A stretch of 64,000 nt of DNA, taken from contig CAVPIB010000004.1 in the NCBI GenBank assembly GCA_963704885.1, positions 608,001-672,000 on the forward strand, given 5' to 3'. The DNA comes from an uncultured Actinomycetes bacterium. GTDB lineage: Bacteria > Actinomycetota > UBA4738 > HRBIN12. This document shows, piece after piece, positions 55,004 through 64,000 of the stretch. The translations under genes were made by a program, and so were the position numbers. Numbering within the stretch: the stretch's first letter is position 1; each line of letters begins with the position of its first letter. The notes beneath the pieces were generated by a model. The model was given only the letters and a program-made list of their open reading frames with translations. It was not told where the DNA came from and ran no database searches.

Positions 55004-55321
55004 ATGGTCGAACCCACACGCATGATGATTGAACGGCGATTCAGGCACGACCCCGCCCATACGGTGTGGGTCGATCGGGCGCGCTGTATCGGCGAAGACC
55101 CGGAGCTCTTCTTCCCTATGGGCGCACCCTCGCTCGTACAGTCGCAGACCGGGCGCGCCAAGGCGGTCTGCCGAGGATGCCCGGTCCAGCCCGACTGCCT
55201 GGAGTGGTCGCTCGTGACGGCCCAGGACGCCGGCGTGTGGGGCGGCCTGGACGAGGACGAGCGGCGCGAGATCCGCCGCGAGCGGCGGCGAGCATCCACC
55301 CTCCAGGTCGTGCTTCGCTAG
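55004..55321 (+). CDS. WhiB-family Fe-S transcriptional regulator
   Basis: C...DPELFF...CRGCPV..C and GVWGG motif, basic tail; exact start uncertain. Confidence 0.92.
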   Translation: MVEPTRMMIERRFRHDPAHTVWVDRARCIGEDPELFFPMGAPSLVQSQTGRAKAVCRGCPVQPDCLEWSLVTAQDAGVWGGLDEDERREIRRERRRASTLQVVLR

Positions 55322-55454
55322 CACGATTCAACCTGGGTCGACGCGATCCACCAGCGGTGTGATGATGACGCAGCTCTAGGTCCATCGGCCCTCCGACCTC
55401 CCCGGCCGGCGGGACATTCGTCGGCGGCTCCGCCGCCGGAGAGGGAGGGGTCAC

Positions 55455-57098
55455 GTGAGACGCGCTTCGATCATGTTCGCAACCATGTGCTTGCTCGCAT
55501 CACTGGTCGCCTCGACGGCAGAGGGCACAGCCCGGCAGCGTCCGGTACGAACGGCAGCGAAGGGCAACAGCCATATCCGCCGCTCGATAGACGGGATCGC
55601 GTCCGCGACTCGCCGACCGACGTCCAACTTCGTGGCGTCGTCGATCGACTGCACAGCCACCACCGCTCCGGGAGCGACCAATACGCAGCTCGACTGCGAC
55701 TCCGAGCTCCCGAACAACGAGCCGGACATCGTGGTCGACCCCGAGGATCCGCTCCACATGATCGCCAGCTCCAACGACTACGACCAGTGCTGCGACGCCT
55801 TCTACACCACGTTCGACGGTGGACAGACCTGGACGGTGGGCGACATGTCGAACGAGGGAATCAAGCGCACCGGCAGCGACCCCGTCACGGTGATCGATCC
55901 CAAGAGCGGGAACGCGATCCATTCCTCGCTGAACTACCGGTTCACGCCCGGCGGTGAGTCGACCGACGGCGACCTGGTGGTCTCGATCTCCACCGACGGC
56001 GGCATCACGTGGGGGAAGCCGGTCGTGGTGTCGGACGGCGAGGGCGCCGACAGCGCTCCGCTGCAGATCTTCAACGACAAGGAATGGATGGTCACGGACA
56101 CGGATCCCGGCTCGCCCTTCTACGGCCGCACGTACCTGACGTGGAGCCGGTTCGTGGCCCGCCACGGCCACTACAAGAAGTCGCCCATCTGGGAGTCACA
56201 CAGCGACGACGGCGGGTTGACCTGGAGCCCCGAGCAGGAGATCTCGGGCAGCGCGGCGTTCTGCACCTTCCAAACCGCAGGCGCCGCCGGCAAGTGCGAC
56301 GAGAACCAGTTCTCAGTCCCGGTCACGGCTCCGAACGGGACCGTCTACGTGGCTTTCGAGAACGGCCAGAACTCATCGGCGTGGGAGTACGGCCGCGAGT
56401 GGGAGAGCAGCTACCTGGTGGTCCGCTCGACGGACGGCGGCGTCACGTGGAGCCCGCCCGTGAACGCCGTAGACCTTGAGGACGGCAAGCACGACCTGCC
56501 CCAGTCCGTGTTCGGGCGCCAGACGCTGAACGGGTACCAGCTGCGTGTGAACTCGGCGGGCAACATCGTGGTGGGAGGTAACGGGACCCTTTACATCGTG
56601 TTCGCGGATAACCGCGCCGGCACGCACGACGTGCCGGATCCGATCACCGACATGAACATCTACCTGGTGATGTCGACGGACGGCGGGGTCACTTGGAGCG
56701 CTCCCACCGCTGTGGACGCCGGTCCGAGCGACCAGTGGTTCCCATGGGCCGACATCAACCCGGTAACGGGGCAGCTCGGCGTCATCTACAACACCCGCGA
56801 TGCCGCGAACCCCGATCTGTACAACGCGGGGTACGCCGTAGGCACGCCGGGATCGTTCACTCGCTCGATCGTGAGCGCGAATCCATCGGACCCCACGAAC
56901 TCGCTCTTCTTCCAGACGAACGCACCGGGCTGCAAGAAGTGCGCATCGTTCAACGGCGACTACCTTGGACTCGACTTCGGGTCTGACGGCCGGGCCAACC
57001 TGGTTTGGACCGACATGAGCGTGCTGACGGACACGTTCGGCGGGGACCCACTGCCGCATCCACGAACCCTGCAGTTCATCTTCTTCGCACGCGTCTGA
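55455..57098 (+). CDS. Secreted Asp-box (BNR) beta-propeller, sialidase-like
   Basis: Signal peptide; five Asp-boxes (TFDGGQTW, STDGGITW, SDDGGLTW, STDGGVTW x2). Confidence 0.8.
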   Translation: MRRASIMFATMCLLASLVASTAEGTARQRPVRTAAKGNSHIRRSIDGIASATRRPTSNFVASSIDCTATTAPGATNTQLDCDSELPNNEPDIVVDPEDPLHMIASSNDYDQCCDAFYTTFDGGQTWTVGDMSNEGIKRTGSDPVTVIDPKSGNAIHSSLNYRFTPGGESTDGDLVVSISTDGGITWGKPVVVSDGEGADSAPLQIFNDKEWMVTDTDPGSPFYGRTYLTWSRFVARHGHYKKSPIWESHSDDGGLTWSPEQEISGSAAFCTFQTAGAAGKCDENQFSVPVTAPNGTVYVAFENGQNSSAWEYGREWESSYLVVRSTDGGVTWSPPVNAVDLEDGKHDLPQSVFGRQTLNGYQLRVNSAGNIVVGGNGTLYIVFADNRAGTHDVPDPITDMNIYLVMSTDGGVTWSAPTAVDAGPSDQWFPWADINPVTGQLGVIYNTRDAANPDLYNAGYAVGTPGSFTRSIVSANPSDPTNSLFFQTNAPGCKKCASFNGDYLGLDFGSDGRANLVWTDMSVLTDTFGGDPLPHPRTLQFIFFARV

Positions 57099-57114
57099 TC
57101 GGGCGAACGGTTGA

Positions 57115-57142
57115 GGGTCTCCCGGCGATAGCCGGGAGACCC
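57115..57142. terminator. Bidirectional stem-loop between convergent genes
   Basis: GGGTCTCCCGGC-GATA-GCCGGGAGACCC, perfect 12-bp stem, no U-tract. Confidence 0.75.
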
Positions 57143-57148
57143 GGGCGC

Positions 57149-57799
57149 TCAGACCAGGCTCGAGGGACAGAGGTCGCTGACCGGGCACTCCTCGCACCTC
57201 GGCTTGCGCGCGACGCAGATAGACCGACCGTGGTCGATCAAGGCGTACGTGAAGTCGAACCACCGCTTCCGCGGGATCGACCGCATGAGGTCCCGCTCGA
57301 TCTTGTCGGGATCCTTCTCGGTGCTGAACCCCAGGCGTTCCGCGAGACGTCGCACGTGGGTATCGACGGCGATCCCCTCCACGACGCCGTAGGAGTTGCC
57401 GAGCACGATGTTCGCCGTCTTCCGCGCCACTCCGGGCAACGTGATCAGGTCCTCCATGGTGTCGGGGACCTTGCCGCCGTGGACCTCCACGATGCGTGAG
57501 CACGCTCCCCGGATCGACTTCGTCTTCTGGTTGAAGAACCCGGTCGACTTGATATCGGCGGCCAGCTCCGAATCCGGGACCTTCAGGTAGTCCTTCGCGG
57601 AGCGGTACTTCTTGAAGAGATCCTTCGTGACCATGTTGACGCGTTCGTCCGTGCACTGCGCGGACAGGATGGTCGCCACCAGGCACTCGAGCGGGTTGGA
57701 GAAGTTGAGCGCCACATGGGCGTCCGGGTACGCCTTCGAGAGGCGCTTCACGATCTCGGGAGCGCGATCCTGGATAGGGGAATCACGGGTTAGCGCCAT
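57149..57799 (-). CDS. nth: Endonuclease III
   Basis: ILSAQCTD, HhH LPGVARKTAN, VDTHV, C-x6-C-x2-C-x5-C cluster. Confidence 0.96.
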   Translation of the reverse strand: MALTRDSPIQDRAPEIVKRLSKAYPDAHVALNFSNPLECLVATILSAQCTDERVNMVTKDLFKKYRSAKDYLKVPDSELAADIKSTGFFNQKTKSIRGACSRIVEVHGGKVPDTMEDLITLPGVARKTANIVLGNSYGVVEGIAVDTHVRRLAERLGFSTEKDPDKIERDLMRSIPRKRWFDFTYALIDHGRSICVARKPRCEECPVSDLCPSSLV

Positions 57800-58521
57800 C
57801 AGCTCATCAGTTCGAGCGAGAAGGCGTCGCCGCTCGCGTGGTCCGCCCAGCTGCCGCCTTCCCAGATGTGCACCCCGGAACGGCCGGCCACGGACCATGA
57901 ATGGCCGTCGCCGACCATCGCCGTCTCCTCATCGATCGCCACCAGTCGCCCACCCTCGGGAACGGCCTCGGTCATGAATGCCCTGGCCCCTGGGATCCAG
58001 GTATCTATCATGTCCCAGTGCGGACCGAACAACGTCCGCGGGACGAAGCCCAACCCTGGCTTGAACACCTGTTCCAGATCGTCGGCGTCGGAGTCGAACG
58101 TCAGCTCGGTCAAGCACGCGACCCCCGCGCTGCAACCTGCGTAGGCCAGACCCCGACCCAGACGATCCAGCATGACTCGGCAGAACGCGGAGTCCCGAAG
58201 CGTTTCGGCCAGGTACCAGGGGTTCCCCCCGGAGAAGAAGACGACGGACGCCGAGGATAGGTCGTCGACGTACTCAGGGCGCTCGGCATCCTCACGGGTC
58301 CGGATGGGTAGCACCCGAGCAACGATCCCTGAACGTCCGTAGTGCTGGAGGCCCTTGTTCGCCCAGCCTTCGAAGACCTCGTCACCCTCGCGCGCAGACG
58401 CGGTGGGTACGATCAACACCGACCCGTCGCCGTCCGAGTGCTCGAGCAGCCAACCGTCGACGTCGTCGTGCCAAGACTCGAACTCGCCCGACCCCATGAG
58501 CGCGAACGCACCTTCGCTCAT
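57799..58521 (-). CDS. Peptidase S51 family (peptidase E/cyanophycinase-like)
   Basis: VPTAS, FSGGNP, GCSAG nucleophile elbow, GPHWD, AIDEETA. Confidence 0.82.
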   Translation of the reverse strand: MSEGAFALMGSGEFESWHDDVDGWLLEHSDGDGSVLIVPTASAREGDEVFEGWANKGLQHYGRSGIVARVLPIRTREDAERPEYVDDLSSASVVFFSGGNPWYLAETLRDSAFCRVMLDRLGRGLAYAGCSAGVACLTELTFDSDADDLEQVFKPGLGFVPRTLFGPHWDMIDTWIPGARAFMTEAVPEGGRLVAIDEETAMVGDGHSWSVAGRSGVHIWEGGSWADHASGDAFSLELMS

Positions 58522-59702
58522 ACCCCGGCCTCGGCGATCGCTTTCGCGAAGCCCGGGATCGCTCGCTCCACCATGTCATCGTTCGCAGTAAGCGAGATCC
58601 GGAAGTACCCGGGCATCTCGAACATCGCACCGGGAAGCACATACACGTCGTGACCGACGAGGATCTTGCAGAACGCCTCGTCATCTTCCAAGGGTGAGCG
58701 GACCAAAACGTAGAAGGTCCCCTCAGGCTCGATCGCGTCGTACCCCTGTTCGCGAAGAGCACCGACGAGGCGGTCGCGCCGTCGCTGAAGCGTGTCGACG
58801 TTGACCGACAGCTTCTCGAGCTCTGGGATGGCGTGCTGCAGAGGCGCCACCGGGAAGGCCCACCCGAACATGATCTGCCCTACGAGCAGAGGGACGCGGA
58901 TCTCGTCGGTCTCGGGCATGTCCGGTGGCGTCGCGATGTAGCCGAGACGAGACCCGGGTGAGAGCAACGTCTTCGCGTACGTGTAGATGAGGAACGAGTG
59001 AGGGTAGTGCGCGACGGGCGTGGGGAAGACCCTCCCGTCGAACACCACTCGGTTGTATGCCTCGTCCGAGAGCAGGAAGATCCGTCTGCCGTTTCGCTCG
59101 GATGCCTCCTCGAGAAGCCGCGCGAGGTCGTCCAGGAGCTGAGGCGGGTAGATCCGGCCCGACGGGTTGTTGGGCGAGTTCACGATGATCGCCCTCGTGC
59201 GCGGCGTGATGGCGGCCGCGATAGCGTCCAGATCCAGGTCGAACGTGGTCCGGTCCGCATAGACACGCACAGGTGTCGCGAGTGATCCGACGATGAGGGC
59301 CTCGTAGAAGAACCACGGCGGTGACACGAAGATCACTTCGTCACCTGGGTCCACCAGCAACCGCAGCACGATGGCGAGGCCGGAGAAGTTCCCGTTCGTC
59401 ATGTGGATGTCGTCGTCGCGGAACGCGAGTCCGAACCGATGGCGGAGCCCGGCCCCGATCGCCGCCGTCGCCGACGGGAGGTCCATGGTGTATGCGTAGT
59501 GATCCTTGCCCGTCGGTTCCGTCCCGCCCCGCAGAGCCTCAACGTAGCCGGGCACAGGTAGATCCTGCGGATTGCCGAACATGAAGTCACACGACTCTGG
59601 CCGGCGCAGGGCTTCCCATAACTCGTCGGCCGTTCCGAACTCGGCGAACCTCCCGAGCCCGTTGATGATCGCTTGCATCTGTTCGGACACCGAGCCGTCC
59701 AT
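58518..59702 (-). CDS. Class I/II PLP-dependent aminotransferase
   Basis: NSPNNPSG, SDEAY, YAKTLLSPGSRLGY. Confidence 0.9.
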   Translation of the reverse strand: MDGSVSEQMQAIINGLGRFAEFGTADELWEALRRPESCDFMFGNPQDLPVPGYVEALRGGTEPTGKDHYAYTMDLPSATAAIGAGLRHRFGLAFRDDDIHMTNGNFSGLAIVLRLLVDPGDEVIFVSPPWFFYEALIVGSLATPVRVYADRTTFDLDLDAIAAAITPRTRAIIVNSPNNPSGRIYPPQLLDDLARLLEEASERNGRRIFLLSDEAYNRVVFDGRVFPTPVAHYPHSFLIYTYAKTLLSPGSRLGYIATPPDMPETDEIRVPLLVGQIMFGWAFPVAPLQHAIPELEKLSVNVDTLQRRRDRLVGALREQGYDAIEPEGTFYVLVRSPLEDDEAFCKILVGHDVYVLPGAMFEMPGYFRISLTANDDMVERAIPGFAKAIAEAGV

Positions 59703-60418
59703 CACGCCTCCTTCACCGCGCCTAGGCGGAACCATTCGGCCTTCATGGCACGGCGGAAGATATCCTGGCCGAACGCCTGAACCATCCCTCCGACCTGGCT
59801 GTCATGAGCCTCGATCGCCTGCAACTTCAACTCCAGGAGATCCGGCGGAAGCGGGAAGTCGATCGAGAGCTCCTCTCGCGGCGTCACGGGCGGAGTGCCG
59901 GGACGGAACACGTCGAACCGGTTGTAGATCGGCACGAACTCGTCCGCCCACTCCTGCGTGTTGGTCGCGTAGTGCACCCGCGAGCCGGACCTACCGACCT
60001 CCGCATGCGCTCGGGTCGCCCAATCGCTCACGGACATGTGCGCAACATGCCCGGTCATGCCATCGGGTCCGAACGTGAGCACGGTGTCGGGCTGCACGTC
60101 GGCCATGATGTCCCGGACCCTCTCGTATCCAGTCTCTGGAAGAGCGACGTCCATGTCGATGTCCGGCAGATCCAACCAGTGGTGCTCGGTCACGCCCAGG
60201 ATCTCGAAGCAGCGCATCAGCTCGGCCTCTCGGACCTGGCCCATCGTGGCCGCGGGCCATCGCTCCTCGTCCATGGAGCCGCCCTCGCCACGCGTGGCGG
60301 TCACGCAGACCACGCGCCGACCGTCACGTACGGCCTGCGCCATCAGTCCTGCGGTGAGGTATGTCTCATCGTCGGGGTGGGCCCATATCCCCAGGATCGT
60401 TCCAAGCCCGTCCATCAC
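59702..60418 (-). CDS. PIG-L family deacetylase (MshB/Mca superfamily)
   Basis: WAHPDDE, ATRGEGG, GMTGHVAH, AHDSQ. Confidence 0.88.
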   Translation of the reverse strand: MMDGLGTILGIWAHPDDETYLTAGLMAQAVRDGRRVVCVTATRGEGGSMDEERWPAATMGQVREAELMRCFEILGVTEHHWLDLPDIDMDVALPETGYERVRDIMADVQPDTVLTFGPDGMTGHVAHMSVSDWATRAHAEVGRSGSRVHYATNTQEWADEFVPIYNRFDVFRPGTPPVTPREELSIDFPLPPDLLELKLQAIEAHDSQVGGMVQAFGQDIFRRAMKAEWFRLGAVKEA

Positions 60419-60462
60419 ATCGCCCTCCGCTTTTTCGTCAGGGCATGGTAGCGGGGCTTCGA

Positions 60463-60717
60463 TCAGCTCGTTGGGGAGTCGTGCTCTCGGATCATGAGCT
60501 GGATCCGGACCAACAGGTCAGGCGGCACGACGTCGCCGCCGCACTTCGCGCCGATCAGCTCCTTCAGGTGGCGCTGGAAGTCCGCGTGCTGCATGCACGG
60601 TGAACAATCGTCCAGGTGTCGCTGCAGGAGCGATCCCAGGTCCGACGCCAGCTCGCCGTCCAGGAATCGCTCGATCTCCAGAAGCGTTTCCCGACAGCCA
60701 TAGCTTCCCTCACCCAT
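60463..60717 (-). CDS. Zinc-binding anti-sigma factor, RshA/RsrA-like
   Basis: C...FLDGE...HLDDCSPC (HxxxCxxC), KCGGD; overlaps the sigma gene stop. Confidence 0.87.
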   Translation of the reverse strand: MGEGSYGCRETLLEIERFLDGELASDLGSLLQRHLDDCSPCMQHADFQRHLKELIGAKCGGDVVPPDLLVRIQLMIREHDSPTS

Positions 60718-61306
60718 CGACAAATCCCCGTTCTTTCGCCGTGTCCCACAACGCCTTCTCCAGGGCTTTCCTTCCCCGGTGCAGACGCGACATGACCGTG
60801 CCGATCGGCGTCTGCATGATGTCGGCGATCTCCTTGTAGCTGAACCCCTCCACGTCGGCCAGCAGAACAGGCAGCCGGAAGTTCTCGGGTAGCGACTCCA
60901 ACGCACCCTTCACAGCCTCATCAGGTATCCGATCGAGAACCTCCGTTTCGGCCGAGTCCTCCACGCTGCGCGCGCCTATCTTGTCGAACAGGTACCACTC
61001 GTCGAGGTCGTCGGGGCCCTCCGCGATCTGGGGCTGACGCTGCTTCTTCCTGTAGGTGTTGATGAAGCTGTTCGTGAGGATCCGGTAGAGCCACGCCTTC
61101 AGGTTGGTGCCCTCCTTGAAGCCCGCGAAGCCCCGGAAGGCGCGCAGATAGGTGTCTTGCACCAGATCCTCCGCGTCGGCCGGGTTACGGGTCATCCGAA
61201 GGGCCGCCCCATACAGGCCGGACATGAGAGGCATCACGTCCCGCTCGAATCGCTCTCGCAGCGCGGCGACGTCCGTTGGCGTCGCGGTCTCTCCCGCTAT
61301 CGACAT
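60710..61306 (-). CDS. ECF sigma factor, SigH/SigR-like
   Basis: [45 protein letters not shown]. Confidence 0.9.
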   Translation of the reverse strand: MSIAGETATPTDVAALRERFERDVMPLMSGLYGAALRMTRNPADAEDLVQDTYLRAFRGFAGFKEGTNLKAWLYRILTNSFINTYRKKQRQPQIAEGPDDLDEWYLFDKIGARSVEDSAETEVLDRIPDEAVKGALESLPENFRLPVLLADVEGFSYKEIADIMQTPIGTVMSRLHRGRKALEKALWDTAKERGFVDG

Positions 61307-61390
61307 GAGAACGCAGTATCCCCTATGACCAGGGCCGATGACCCTCCGGGCCTTCCGTGAAGCTGTCACAACTCGAGGGAGGGTGGGAAG

Positions 61391-63403
61391 ATGGCTCGAA
61401 TGCCCGACAGCAACGGACGCGGATCGCGCAACCGCTGGACCCCCGACTCGGGCGGTTCCGGAGGCTCCGGCACGCCCAGGCCTCGATTCAGCCCTTGGCT
61501 CGCCGTCCCTCTCCTTCTGCTCGGGATGCTGCTCTTCAGCAGCTACCTCAACAACGCGGGCACCCGCCAGATCGACCTCTCCACGTTCCTCGCCTACGCG
61601 GAGCAGGGGCAGATCGTCGGCACGGTGGAGATCTCGTCATCCAGCGTCTCCGGCGAGTTCAAGCAAGACGGCGAGACCACCAAGTTCAGCGCCACGCTGC
61701 CGCCCGGGTACGACACGTCCACGCTCACCACCCAGCTGGATGAGCTCAAAGTCGATTACAAAGGCGTGCAGCCGAGCGTGTTCACGTCGCTCATCCTCAA
61801 CATCCTGCCCTTCGCGCTGGTGATGGTGCTCATCTACTACTTCGTGTTCCGCAAGATGGGAGGGGGGGCGGGTTCCGCGCTCAACCTCGGCCGCAACAAG
61901 GTGAAGATCTACGACCGCAAGGAGATGAAGACCAGCTTCAACGACGTCGCGGGCGTGGACGAGGCCAAGGAGGAGCTCGGCGAGATCGTCGACTTCCTGA
62001 AGAACCCCAAGAAGTACCAGCGACTGGGCGGGCGCATCCCGAAGGGTGTGCTGCTGCTCGGGCCTCCCGGGTGCGGCAAGACCCTGCTCGCCCGCGCCGT
62101 CGCCGGTGAGGCCAACGTGCCGTTCTTCTTCATGTCGGGCTCGGAGTTCGTGGAGATGTTCGTGGGCCTCGGGGCCGCGCGCATGCGTGACCTGTTCCAG
62201 CAGGCTAAGGAGAAGGCGCCGGCGCTGATCTTCCTGGACGAGATCGACACCATCGGCAAGGGACGGGGCGGGGCGATGGGCGCCGGTTTCGGCGGACACG
62301 ACGAACGCGAGCAGACGCTCAACCAGCTGTTGGTGGAGATGGACGGATTCGACTCGTCGAAGGGCGTGATCATCATGGCCGCCACCAACCGTCCCGACGT
62401 GCTGGACCCGGCGCTGATCCGTCCCGGCCGCTTCGACCGCCAGGTCGTAGTGGACCGCCCCGACCTGCGGGGCCGTGAGGAGATCCTGCGGGTGCACGCG
62501 CGCGGCGTGGCTCTGGACCCCGACGTCGATCTGCACACGATCGCCTCCCGCACGCCAGGCTTCACGGGCGCCGACCTGGAGAACGTTGTGAACGAGGCCG
62601 CGCTCCTGGCCGCGCGTCGCGAGAAGAACTCGGTCACGAAAGAGGAGCTGGAAGAGGCGATCGACCGCGCCAGCATGGGACTGGAGCGCCGGTCACGCGT
62701 GATGAGCGAGAAGGAGAGGATCCGCGTGGCCAGCCACGAGATGGGTCACGCGCTCGTCGCCCACTTCAGCGAGAACCTGGACCCCGTCCACCGCGTGACG
62801 ATCATCCCCCGCGGGACGGCCGCACTCGGCCTGACCATGGTGCGACCGCTCGAGGATCGTTACCTCGCCACCGAGCCCGAGCTGAACGAGATGCTTGCGT
62901 TCGCCATGGGTGGGCGCGTGGCAGAGGAGCTCTGCTTCGAGGAGATCTCGACCGGCGCGCAGAACGACCTGGAGCGCGCGACGCAGGTGGCGCGCGCCAT
63001 GGTCACGGAGTACGGCATGAGCGAGAAGGTCGGCCCGCTCTCGCTCGGCCACGAGGACGCCAACTCCATATTCAGCGCGCCCAAGATCTCCGGGCAGACC
63101 GCCGAGGCGATCGACCAGGAGGTCAACAGGCTCCTCACCGAGGCGCACGATCGGGCCGAGAGGATCCTGCTGGAGCACCGGCAGCTGCTCGACGACCTGG
63201 CGGCCTTGCTGCTCGTAACCGAGTCGATGGATGGAGCCGACCTGGAGGCTTACGCCACGGGAACCAAGCCCATCCCTGATCCCGCCACGGCACAGCCGAA
63301 CGGCAGGAAGACGGTCCGACCCACCCCCGAACCTCAAGAGGCGGCATCCTCCGGGGTTTCACCCGCGGGACCACCTGCGCCGCCGATGCCCGCCTTAGAC
63401 TAG
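61391..63403 (+). CDS. ftsH: ATP-dependent zinc metalloprotease FtsH
   Basis: Two TM segments, [26 protein letters not shown]. Confidence 0.96.
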   Translation: MARMPDSNGRGSRNRWTPDSGGSGGSGTPRPRFSPWLAVPLLLLGMLLFSSYLNNAGTRQIDLSTFLAYAEQGQIVGTVEISSSSVSGEFKQDGETTKFSATLPPGYDTSTLTTQLDELKVDYKGVQPSVFTSLILNILPFALVMVLIYYFVFRKMGGGAGSALNLGRNKVKIYDRKEMKTSFNDVAGVDEAKEELGEIVDFLKNPKKYQRLGGRIPKGVLLLGPPGCGKTLLARAVAGEANVPFFFMSGSEFVEMFVGLGAARMRDLFQQAKEKAPALIFLDEIDTIGKGRGGAMGAGFGGHDEREQTLNQLLVEMDGFDSSKGVIIMAATNRPDVLDPALIRPGRFDRQVVVDRPDLRGREEILRVHARGVALDPDVDLHTIASRTPGFTGADLENVVNEAALLAARREKNSVTKEELEEAIDRASMGLERRSRVMSEKERIRVASHEMGHALVAHFSENLDPVHRVTIIPRGTAALGLTMVRPLEDRYLATEPELNEMLAFAMGGRVAEELCFEEISTGAQNDLERATQVARAMVTEYGMSEKVGPLSLGHEDANSIFSAPKISGQTAEAIDQEVNRLLTEAHDRAERILLEHRQLLDDLAALLLVTESMDGADLEAYATGTKPIPDPATAQPNGRKTVRPTPEPQEAASSGVSPAGPPAPPMPALD

Positions 63404-63418
63404 TCCAGCACAGACTAG
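63400..63418. repeat. Palindrome copy 3 of CTAGTC-N7-GACTAG, at a convergent gene junction
   Basis: CTAGTCCAGCACAGACTAG; its two CTAG boxes supply the TAG stops of ftsH (+) and the GT2 gene (-). Confidence 0.75.
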
Positions 63419-64000
63419 TCTCCGCGAGGACGAGGCTCATCGGGCGGCTCGCCTGACACCGTGAGGTCGTAGCGGTCGCGCCAGCGGTCCAGGAATCTGT
63501 AGAAGTTCCGTTTGGACCACTTGGCTCGCTCTTCGGGCGGCGTCTGGAACCACATCCGATGCTCGTGCCGCTCAACCGGCACGGGAACGACCAATGCGCG
63601 CAAGCCCTGATCCTTGATGCGGAACGAGTATTCGATGTCCGCCGTGCGGTACCAGCGGAACTTCTCGTCGAACATCCCGGCGGTCGTGAGGATCTCTCGT
63701 CGGAACGCCATGAGGTATCCCTCGACCGCGTCGCACTCCGGCCCCTCGGTCGTATCGAACTCGCGGAGGTCGGGCGACACGATCCCGAACGGCCCGCACA
63801 CCCCAACCGTCGGGTCTTCGAGCGCGGCCTCCAGCGGACCCAAGACGTCACCCGTTGCTTCGACGGATCCGTCCATGGCAAGCACGACGCGACCCCGCGA
63901 CCGTTTCAGTCCGGCGTTTCGGGCGGCGGCCCACCCCGTTCCCTCCTCGAGAGATACGACCTCGACCTCGTCGCCGAACACCGACGGGACCAGGCCCGTG
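63415..64000 (-). CDS. Glycosyltransferase family 2 domain protein (5' end outside the window)
   Basis: GWAAARNAG, GMFDEKF, DIEYSFR motifs. Confidence 0.75.
   Translation of the reverse strand, partial: TGLVPSVFGDEVEVVSLEEGTGWAAARNAGLKRSRGRVVLAMDGSVEATGDVLGPLEAALEDPTVGVCGPFGIVSPDLREFDTTEGPECDAVEGYLMAFRREILTTAGMFDEKFRWYRTADIEYSFRIKDQGLRALVVPVPVERHEHRMWFQTPPEERAKWSKRNFYRFLDRWRDRYDLTVSGEPPDEPRPRGD

Noticed and set aside
61356-61371. CGTGA-AGCTG-TCACAA palindrome between the sigma gene and ftsH as a CRP/Rex site
   Set aside because: Spacer is 5 nt rather than the required 6; it would qualify only if a base was dropped in sequencing.

Overview
High-GC bacterial chromosomal segment, almost certainly from an Actinomycetota genome (WhiB, Bpa/PafE with a GQYL tail, SigH/RshA-type pair, Rho with an N-terminal insertion, argS-lysA-hom-thrC-thrB...rho-rpmE-prfA-prmC...atp superoperon). 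Some gene order is Firmicutes-like, suggesting a deep-branching lineage (inference). 1-29.5 kb is one long minus-strand housekeeping run: atp operon, a polyamine-type ABC transporter, wecA-like, glyA, rpiB, LMW-PTP, sua5, prmC, prfA, DivIVA-domain, DUF1385, rpmE, rho, transaldolase, thr/lys genes and argS. Inserted between thrB and tal/rho is an archaeal-type cyclic 2,3-diphosphoglycerate (cDPG) module: metallophosphoesterase + cDPG synthetase + 2-phosphoglycerate kinase. This is the most notable system in the window. After tRNA-Arg(CCG) come a small islet with an IS3-like remnant, pdxH, an OsmC protein, PFOR plus a DHODH-like protein, peptidases, bpa, a second polyamine-type ABC transporter, pyrD/pyrE, and assorted metabolic, repair and regulatory genes ending in sigH-rshA, ftsH and a partial GT2. 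Other observations: a lysA-GNAT fusion, a thrice-repeated CTAGTC-N7-GACTAG palindrome, a Rex-like operator at the atp promoter and a bidirectional -10 element between pyrD and pyrE. About a dozen genes, including essential ones, carry single-base frameshifts that are most likely sequencing/consensus errors. All calls come from reading motifs by eye; no database searches were run.
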